Shown: piece by piece, positions 56,878 to 64,000 of the stretch
How the letters are laid out: every line of letters begins with the position of its first letter
Position numbering within the stretch: the stretch's first letter is position 1
DNA from: Candidatus Bathyarchaeia archaeon
GTDB taxonomy: Archaea; Thermoproteota; Bathyarchaeia; 40CM-2-53-6
Direction: 5' to 3'
Assembly: GCA_050013255.1 (NCBI GenBank)
Contig: JBEKFP010000001.1
Coordinates: 832,001 to 896,000 of the forward strand
Length of the DNA stretch: 64,000 nt
Made by a program: the position numbers and the translations under genes
The notes under the pieces: model-generated
What the model was told of the DNA's origin: nothing
Seen by the model: only the letters and a program-made list of their open reading frames with translations
Database searches by the model: none

Positions 56878-59673
56878 CTAGCGTGATGCGGCTCTCTTTT
56901 TCATCCTTCGCTGACCCAAGAAGAGGACAACTGGGACGGTGACGATGATCATTGCAGCTGCGACCAAGACGAGTTGAGTTAATGTATCGGAAGATGAATT
57001 TGATTGTAGTTGCAGTCCAGACGTTGTTGGGGTCAGGACGCCGAGCACTCCGATGGCGGGTAACGTGAACCAGACGTTGCCTTTACTGTCCACTGCGAGC
57101 AGCTGCACGTCTGAGGAGGGGTTTGGTATGGGGAATGTGTCAACTCTGCCGTTGGTTAGGTCTAGGGTGGCTATGGCGTTTCCAATGTGCTCTACGAACC
57201 AGACTCTATTTCGTTGGTAGAATGCCAACCCAAACGGGAAGGCTTGGTTGTTCGACAATTGATAGGTCTTGAAGGTTTGATTTGCGGGGTCGAACATTGT
57301 TAGGCGATTTCCGCCATGCTCCGTGATCCATACTTCTCCGTCGGGGCCAATCGCAATGCCAGTTGGGCCAAGGAGGGTGGAATTCGAAACTGGGAATTCA
57401 TTTATAGAATCAGTTAAGGGATTGAGCCTGCCTATTTTCCCGCCCTTCGATTCCGTAAACCAAACGTTTCCATGTTGGTCAACGGCCACTTGGATAGGGA
57501 TTGAGTCGTTCGTCGGAATCGGGAATTCTGTTATCACTCCTGTACTGGAAATTAGGCGTCCAATCTTTCCTGCGATTTCTTCCGTAAACCAAACGTTTCC
57601 ATTTGCGTCAGCGACAATCCCTCCGGGAACGGCCCCAGTTGTGGGTATGTTGTATTCATTAAAAGTGCTAGACTTCGTATCGAATCGTACGATAAGGTCG
57701 TATTGAGTGTCCGAAATCCATATGGAGCCATTTTGGTCGGCAGTCAGGTAAAATGGTCTTGAACCTGCCCGGGTAAGCGCATGCTGTCTTAGTGTCCCCG
57801 TGGCAGGGTCGTAGCTTGCTATCTGGCCTGTTCCTGATTCAGCAAACCAGACTAGGCCGCGATTGTCGACTGTTATGCCGTACGGTTCCGAACTACTCGA
57901 CAAGGGCAGTTCGGAAAATCTAACCGAAAGCGCGGGGACGTCTATCTGGAACGGAACAATTACGTCGTACCCTTCCGTTCTTTGTGCCCATACCTCCAGC
58001 CGCCAATTACCGGCAAAACTCAGGTAAGTGCCGTCGAAAGAGTATGCTCCTTGGTTTGGCTGAGCTGTCGCGGTTGACACGCCGAGATTCCTATCGAGAT
58101 AGTTGAATTTCATCGAGACGGATTTAACGTTCGTTACTGGCGTGCCTTGTGGATTAGTGAAATCCACTTCGAAATGGTTATCCCCCACTTGGAAGGGGTA
58201 GATCTTAACAGTCACGTTGACTCCTTCAATTGAGTAGCCTCGGAGAACCATCGAGCCTGCTTGGTACTGCGGCGCGGTTGAAGTCTGCCGCACAGGGGAA
58301 CTAGCGGTGAGAACTCCCACTACTAGGAGCAAAATTATACCAAGTGTAATCTCCGACCGAACAGAGATTCTGAATAGGTTAAACAGACGCCCAACTTGTC
58401 GCTTACCCGCTCGTGATTTAGAAGTGGCGCCAGCGATATGGTCGTATAATGCAAATTGGTTGATGGCGCCGAATGTGATCATTGGGGCAAATATGCAGAG
58501 CTTGACGAGAAGAATTTGGCCGTACGTCGTCGAAAATAGTGCGGACAAACTTCCCACCTCCAACAATAGGTTGTAAAGTCCAGTTAGCCCGATCACGCCC
58601 ACGCTGACTAATGCCACTGATGAGAATCGTCTGATTAGCTCGGCCAGAAGCCTTCCTTTCATGTCCTTGAGCGCCGTAAGGGCAAGGGCCAGGTAGGCCA
58701 ATCCTCCTACCCAAGCGCCAACCGCAACGAGATGAATCCAATCAGAAAGAAGATTCAGCAACGGGAAATAGGTTGATGCTGCAGCATTATGGCTTGTCAG
58801 GCTAGTGGAAAGTGAAAGAAGCAACCCAATTGACAGAATTAGACTCCAACTTGCCCTCGACTGCTTGGTTCTTAGGATGACAGTTGACGCACAAATCGCG
58901 GCAAGTACTGTTGCCATTCGAAACGTCCAGTATGCTCCAAGTCGAGTCGAGGAGAGGATCGTAAACGCCTCACCCGCAATATCAGTCAGTGAGCTGGACC
59001 CGGCGACTGCGAAGGCTTGGATGATTAAGGATAAGATTGTCGCAATTAAGGCGATAACGGTGGCTCCCGCAATCATTCGCCCCGAGCGAGGCATCATTTT
59101 GCGATTAAGAGAATCTGTGATTTTGTCTCGTGAGTTCGTAACCGTAGGAATCCATACGATGAGAGCGAAGATGCTTCCTCCGAGGAAGACTGCGTCGGCG
59201 AGAAGGTTTAGCCAACGGTCGACAACTTCGAGGAGTGAAGGAAAGGAATACGCAGGGGTGCTATTCGGTTGGACGTTTATTGTTACGTTGCCGACGCCAA
59301 AAGGAAATGAACCATTGGTATGATGCCCGTCGACCGCAGAAATTGCATGCCAAGTGACAGTATACACGCCAGGCGGCAAAGTCGCTAGACTTATGGTAAG
59401 CACAGTTGGGTCCGTTGGGTCAACATGATAACCAGTGTCTACTTCTTTCCCACTTGAATCGTAAACTGCCGCCCCAGTGAATTTCGGTTCAACTTGCTCG
59501 CTGAAGACGAGAGTGATTTGGTGAGGAGCTGTAGGGAGGACGCTGTTAGCAGGCGGGTCTGATCTTATCAGGTTGGCGTGCGCATAAACGGGAGCAAAGA
59601 GTCCTGCTAACAGTAGGAGAATGGCTGCTGCGATGAGGATAACGGGCTTACTGCTCATAGTGGCTCGCGACAT
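56878..59673 (-). CDS. CopC-CopD-YtkA-like and Vgb-type beta-propeller fusion
   Basis: HANL..SDP and DGH CopC motifs, SH/HL...W.GG CopD motifs, repeated P.GI..D..GN.WFTE blades. Confidence 0.88.
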   Translation of the reverse strand: MSRATMSSKPVILIAAAILLLLAGLFAPVYAHANLIRSDPPANSVLPTAPHQITLVFSEQVEPKFTGAAVYDSSGKEVDTGYHVDPTDPTVLTISLATLPPGVYTVTWHAISAVDGHHTNGSFPFGVGNVTINVQPNSTPAYSFPSLLEVVDRWLNLLADAVFLGGSIFALIVWIPTVTNSRDKITDSLNRKMMPRSGRMIAGATVIALIATILSLIIQAFAVAGSSSLTDIAGEAFTILSSTRLGAYWTFRMATVLAAICASTVILRTKQSRASWSLILSIGLLLSLSTSLTSHNAAASTYFPLLNLLSDWIHLVAVGAWVGGLAYLALALTALKDMKGRLLAELIRRFSSVALVSVGVIGLTGLYNLLLEVGSLSALFSTTYGQILLVKLCIFAPMITFGAINQFALYDHIAGATSKSRAGKRQVGRLFNLFRISVRSEITLGIILLLVVGVLTASSPVRQTSTAPQYQAGSMVLRGYSIEGVNVTVKIYPFQVGDNHFEVDFTNPQGTPVTNVKSVSMKFNYLDRNLGVSTATAQPNQGAYSFDGTYLSFAGNWRLEVWAQRTEGYDVIVPFQIDVPALSVRFSELPLSSSSEPYGITVDNRGLVWFAESGTGQIASYDPATGTLRQHALTRAGSRPFYLTADQNGSIWISDTQYDLIVRFDTKSSTFNEYNIPTTGAVPGGIVADANGNVWFTEEIAGKIGRLISSTGVITEFPIPTNDSIPIQVAVDQHGNVWFTESKGGKIGRLNPLTDSINEFPVSNSTLLGPTGIAIGPDGEVWITEHGGNRLTMFDPANQTFKTYQLSNNQAFPFGLAFYQRNRVWFVEHIGNAIATLDLTNGRVDTFPIPNPSSDVQLLAVDSKGNVWFTLPAIGVLGVLTPTTSGLQLQSNSSSDTLTQLVLVAAAMIIVTVPVVLFLGQRRMKKRAASR

Positions 59674-59685
59674 CTGAGTTGGGAC

Positions 59686-60366
59686 TTATCTCCTCTTCTT
59701 GGATCGCGTTAAGGCTGCGGCCCCGACGGCTATCCCAATAATCCCAACAACAACGCCGACCCCTGCGACTGTGTAAGCGGTTCGAGCATCACTCTGCAAT
59801 TGTGTAACTTGCGATTGCAAATTTGCAAGCCCGACCTGAAGGTCGTGTCCTGCAGGAATCTGTTGCGGGAATTGAACTTCGGACGGAGGGTCGACGCATT
59901 CAAACGTAGTTGGGCCACACGTGAACGTTTCGTTGACCGGAACATTGTTCACGTTTCCGAAAATCCGGAATGAGTAAGATCCTGCAACAGTAGGCTCAAT
60001 GTTAGCGGTATACTCACCATTGAATACGGGAGGCACATCGTTCGATAAGTTGGGCGCGAATGTTAGGACTTGTGACTGCCCGCCGGTTATGACCTGGACC
60101 TGCAGGCTTTGGTCAAGGCCGTAGACTGGACAACTTGTACTTACTGTGCCCTGTGGGCACGTTGCGTTGACATAATGTGCCCAGAAATCAATGGCGTTCA
60201 CTTCATCCACATAGGGCGGCTCGATGACCCAACCTACGACAAACTCGACCTGTTGTCCGTTGATTGTCAACACTCTATGTGTATGAGCGAAAGCTTGAGG
60301 AGCGCTAACGAGAATTATCACACCGATCAGCAACAGTGACCCAAGCGTAACCAGTCTAAATCTCAG
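59686..60366 (-). CDS. Secreted membrane-anchored protein with N-terminal His, copper-associated by context
   Basis: AFA/HTH mature start, VGW..EP motif; probable CTG start. Confidence 0.7.
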   Translation of the reverse strand: MRFRLVTLGSLLLIGVIILVSAPQAFAHTHRVLTINGQQVEFVVGWVIEPPYVDEVNAIDFWAHYVNATCPQGTVSTSCPVYGLDQSLQVQVITGGQSQVLTFAPNLSNDVPPVFNGEYTANIEPTVAGSYSFRIFGNVNNVPVNETFTCGPTTFECVDPPSEVQFPQQIPAGHDLQVGLANLQSQVTQLQSDARTAYTVAGVGVVVGIIGIAVGAAALTRSKKRR

Positions 60367-60459
60367 TCTAAGCCACCCCTTGTTGCGTTAACCTAATCGC
60401 TTGTTAAGTTCATTGGTACAAATTAAACTTCAAAACTCGCGTTACGTGTGATTGAACAG

Positions 60460-61239
60460 TTATCCATGAAATAAGCCTGCGAGATACATTGAGTAGAACC
60501 CAATTAGCGAAGCTATGACATAGATCGGGGCGCTTTCTTGATCAACAAAATTGGGTATTAGTTTGTACTCGACGTAGACGGCCGCTGCGCCTCCTAACGC
60601 AAAGAAATATGCTGAATTTATCGGCGTCAAGAGTGCAAGGATCGACCCAATAATGGTTGGTATTCCGGAAACCAAACCTAGAATGAGAATGCGCGGGGTC
60701 TTTGACTTCGCAAAGGCTGCTACCACACCAATAACGAATCCCTCCAGAAACTTGTGCAGAACATACGCAACACCAGCCGAGAACCCTCCGATGGCGTCGA
60801 GTATGTTCGTTGTCGTTGGTATTAACGAACCAATCTCTATGCCTTCTCCTAAAGCATGAAATCCTATTCCCAGCGCTACCAGTACAGCTATCGCGTAAGA
60901 AATCTCCGTCGTGCTAATGCGTTTTTCTCTACGGGCTTTGTTAGCAGATGATTTTGAATAAGCTTGCTCGAGGCCAAAGAGGGACAACAAACCTATGGCG
61001 AACAGTGCAGCCAAGATGGCGTGGTCTAAACCGCCCCCGAAGCCTTGGTTCACATCAAGTAGAACAGCGTCGTTCATAACATCGAGAAAGAACCAGAAGA
61101 TAATGCCCGCGGAAACAGCCATCAGCATTTTCAATCGTCGAATCGAGTTGCCGGAAATCACAGGGGGCAAGAAAAGCCCGACAAGGAGAGGGACGAAGGT
61201 AGCGACAACACCAGCAACGAAACTTGTTGGGTCTACCAA
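60460..61239 (-). CDS. ZIP-family metal transporter
   Basis: GFHALGEG and LHKFLEG motifs. Confidence 0.8.
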   Translation of the reverse strand: MVDPTSFVAGVVATFVPLLVGLFLPPVISGNSIRRLKMLMAVSAGIIFWFFLDVMNDAVLLDVNQGFGGGLDHAILAALFAIGLLSLFGLEQAYSKSSANKARREKRISTTEISYAIAVLVALGIGFHALGEGIEIGSLIPTTTNILDAIGGFSAGVAYVLHKFLEGFVIGVVAAFAKSKTPRILILGLVSGIPTIIGSILALLTPINSAYFFALGGAAAVYVEYKLIPNFVDQESAPIYVIASLIGFYSMYLAGLFHG

Positions 61240-61293
61240 TGAAACACCCAGGCCTGTAATGAGGCGTAGAACATGAGTCTTTCCCGTCAGCTT

Positions 61294-62382
61294 TCAATTC
61301 TTCGGCTGCTTAGCTCTCTGCTCGCAAATGCTTTGGTTGTATTTCTCGTCGAATCGCCTATATTTCCAATAGCCTAGAGAAACGAGCCAAGAGAATACAA
61401 AGATGATTATTATCAGAAACCCGATCGTTTCAAAGTCGAGGGCACCAAGCCAATTCCAGAACACACCTGTGAAATTCAGTTCGCTTGCCACAACTTGGAG
61501 AAGTTCAACGGTGCCGATTGCAAGTGCCACAAGGACGGAAATGACTGTTACCGTTAGGTTGTAGTAGATTTTGCGAATGGGGTTGATGAAAGCCCAACCG
61601 TAGGCGAGACGCATTGCCACGCCGTCGGTCGTATCGATCAAGACCATTCCACACGTGAACATGAAAGGTAAAACAAGAATCATCCAGATTGGTAGGGCAG
61701 ATGAGACTCCGATTCCGACACTAATCGCAATTAATGCGATCTCGGTAGCGGTATCAAAACCTAGCCCGAATAGGACTCCGATTGGGTATATGTGCCAAGG
61801 CCGCTTAACGAGTTTGAATAGAGGCCGAAAGTAACGGTTCAAGAAACCTCGCTTTTCTAAGAGGTTCTCAAGTTCAGATTGGTCTAACGTGCCTTGCTTC
61901 ATGACTTTGTAGATGCGGTAAATGCCGAGAACGATAACCAAGTTAACGATACCCATCAGCCACAGAAAGACTCCAGAAACCGTGGTGCCAATTATTGCGC
62001 CGCCACTCGCTAAGGCAGGTATATGGCCGATTACAGTTCGAGTTGCAAAGACCAGTGCCACGATGAGCGCAACAACAATAGTCGAATGACCCAGCGAGAA
62101 CCACAGGCCAACGGTGAAGGGGCGTTGGTTATCCTGTATCAGTTTCCGTGTAGTGTTATCAATCGTCGCGATATGGTCCGCATCCACGCCGTGTCGCAAT
62201 CCAAAAACGTAAGTTATGACTCCGAGTCCTGCGAGCAGAACAGAAAATCTGCCTATGATTGCTGAGGCTGTAAATCCCAGTAACGTTGCAACGCCAATCA
62301 ACAAATAGACAATGCAGATCCTGAGTTTTTCATTGAGCGATAGCCCCGCCTTGTGGTCTACGACGCCTTTGTCTCCAGACAC
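61294..62382 (-). CDS. HoxN/HupN/NixA Ni/Co transporter
   Basis: GLRHGVDADHI, FSLGHS and GLGFDTATE motifs. Confidence 0.95.
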   Translation of the reverse strand: MSGDKGVVDHKAGLSLNEKLRICIVYLLIGVATLLGFTASAIIGRFSVLLAGLGVITYVFGLRHGVDADHIATIDNTTRKLIQDNQRPFTVGLWFSLGHSTIVVALIVALVFATRTVIGHIPALASGGAIIGTTVSGVFLWLMGIVNLVIVLGIYRIYKVMKQGTLDQSELENLLEKRGFLNRYFRPLFKLVKRPWHIYPIGVLFGLGFDTATEIALIAISVGIGVSSALPIWMILVLPFMFTCGMVLIDTTDGVAMRLAYGWAFINPIRKIYYNLTVTVISVLVALAIGTVELLQVVASELNFTGVFWNWLGALDFETIGFLIIIIFVFSWLVSLGYWKYRRFDEKYNQSICEQRAKQPKN

Positions 62383-62508
62383 CTTTCGGGGGACCTCCTA
62401 TTCACGATTCGAGGGAGCAACGCCTTCATGACTCTTGTAATTTTCTGTTTCGGCTCGCATTCTTATTAGATTCTGGTTCTTGGAGAGTAGTCGTGGAGAA
62501 GCCGCCAT

Positions 62509-63054
62509 TTGAAAATCAAGAAAGTAATCGCGACGGTTGTCGTTGTTCTAATCTCGCTCGTTCTCACGGCCGCATTCTACGAATTGTACCTGTACAACGT
62601 ATATCTAACGAATCGCTACCTTAGCAATAATCTCATAGGCGGTCAACAAATCCAAATTGTTGTGGTAATCATTCCGCCTGGTGCTGGCTCAGATCCGCGT
62701 CTGGGGTTCGAGCCGGCCGTTATCAGCATTGTTATCGGCGTGAACAATACCGTAACTTGGAAGAATGAGGACTCGACTTGGCATACCGCACATAGCAACA
62801 TCCCCGAATTCTATTCCAACTATATCGAACCGGGAGGAAACTTCACCCATAACTTTCAACAGCCCGGAATCTATCCTTACCATTGTGATCCACACCCCTG
62901 GATGACTGGTAAGATTACGGTCTTTCCACCTTCTACGAATGGGACAACAGTAGTGCTCTGGACATCAACTTCCATGCCTCAAATGCTCAGTGCGACTCTC
63001 GTATTCTCCAATCTGCCAAACAAATCGAGAGCAGCATGTCCAATTAAATCGTGA
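62509..63054 (+). CDS. Membrane-anchored cupredoxin (plastocyanin-like)
   Basis: V.W.N.D...H and YHCDPHPWM.G motifs. Confidence 0.9.
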   Translation: MKIKKVIATVVVVLISLVLTAAFYELYLYNVYLTNRYLSNNLIGGQQIQIVVVIIPPGAGSDPRLGFEPAVISIVIGVNNTVTWKNEDSTWHTAHSNIPEFYSNYIEPGGNFTHNFQQPGIYPYHCDPHPWMTGKITVFPPSTNGTTVVLWTSTSMPQMLSATLVFSNLPNKSRAACPIKS

Positions 63055-63118
63055 AGGCAGCTTCGGCTCGCGAAAGGCTGCCATTGAGTAATGTATGCTC
63101 TGGCGGATAGGCTGTGTA

Positions 63119-64000
63119 TCACGTACGGCGTCTTCGAGCGCCAGTTTTTCTTCTTCGTTGGCGTGCTCTGGTGCTAGGTCTGCGAACGCCTCTTTTTACT
63201 AGCAGCCATGCAAGGGCGACACCTACGAGTATGCCAAGAGAAGCTGCGAGGATCAAGTAAGTAGTGCTGACGTTGTTCGGCATCTGTTGAAACATTCCTT
63301 GTGAAGAGCTGCTCATCATATTGTTAGCCGTAGACTCGGCTTGTAGAACTGATCCCAACGCCGATTGATAGTCCATTTGATTGTATTTTGCGTCAGCGTC
63401 CATCAACTGGATGAATATCAAGCTGACGTCTGCTCCTCTTTGTGCCAATTGATTCATGGTTGATTGGACTTGGAGGTAGATGCTGTCGACCTGGGCCCGG
63501 CGCAGAGAATCCTTGTCCTCTTGCCCGAATGAATAATCCCACGTATAGTAACTCATAGGAGTCAGAATGAAGTTTCCTATTGGTCCAAAGTCGAAAGGAT
63601 GTGGTAATCCAAGCATGTGGCCCGATTCATGAATCACGTCATGCGTGAAACCCAAACCTTTGTCCGGTTGAGGTGGTGTTATCAGGTTGCCTCTTGCGAA
63701 TTCGTTCTGGCTGAAGGATACGAAGGCCATGTCTCCTAGTGCTACACCGCCTATCGGTGTAAGGAGCCATTTGTACGTGAAAGCCAGAGCTGTATCATTA
63801 CTGAAGGCGAACGCATAGACTGGAACCGTGTATTCAGTTCTATCGCGGCGGTAGTTTCGCTCGAAGATGTTGGTGTTGTCCTGGAAATACTTGTAAACTG
63901 GTCTTGCGTCGACTACGCCATACTGTTGCGGCTGAGCAAACTCAACTCCGAACGTGAATGAATTTTCATATTTGTAACTCGAATGGAGCATCGCCTGGAG
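63119..64000 (-). CDS. Membrane-anchored zinc metalloprotease (metzincin-like), 5' end outside the window
   Basis: HESGHMLGLPH, Met-turn PMSY and C-terminal TM. Confidence 0.8.
   Translation of the reverse strand, partial: LQAMLHSSYKYENSFTFGVEFAQPQQYGVVDARPVYKYFQDNTNIFERNYRRDRTEYTVPVYAFAFSNDTALAFTYKWLLTPIGGVALGDMAFVSFSQNEFARGNLITPPQPDKGLGFTHDVIHESGHMLGLPHPFDFGPIGNFILTPMSYYTWDYSFGQEDKDSLRRAQVDSIYLQVQSTMNQLAQRGADVSLIFIQLMDADAKYNQMDYQSALGSVLQAESTANNMMSSSSQGMFQQMPNNVSTTYLILAASLGILVGVALAWLLVKRGVRRPSTRARQRRRKTGARRRRT

Overview
Archaeal genomic window, most likely TACK/Bathyarchaeia-like. This is inferred from the proteasome beta subunit, Dph5, RtcA, Nre, CTP-dependent RibK, CobY/CobZ, a BHB-intron tRNA and frequent TTG/GTG starts. 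1-22 kb is mostly housekeeping (Nudix, M20 peptidase, NadM, Ogt, Nre, RtcA, UPF0182, ComA/PrpD, ferritin-like, PsmB, translin, EndoV, RibK, RibL, Dph5), with several unannotated small ORFs and scattered remnants of a TnpB right end. At 22.0-23.3 kb a catalytically intact stand-alone TnpB is bracketed by an imperfect inverted repeat and a 7/8-nt flanking direct repeat. It is followed by a tRNA-Lys(CTT) with three BHB introns. The 3' end of that tRNA is the attachment site of a ~13.3-kb integrase-less island (23.4-36.8 kb). The island has internal repeated att-like modules and defence-type cargo (two PD-(D/E)XK-like proteins, a DUF5677-like protein, an ABC/AAA ATPase plus PIN pair, a truncated DUF5131). 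36.8-64 kb holds a proline/sarcosine-dehydrogenase-like pair, PGF-type sorted surface proteins, a Zn/Mn ABC transporter with a NikR-like regulator and candidate operator, a cobamide lower-ligand cluster (cobZ, cobS, cobY, cblT/cblS-like) and Cu/Zn/Ni homeostasis genes. All calls come from reading motifs by eye; no database searches were run.
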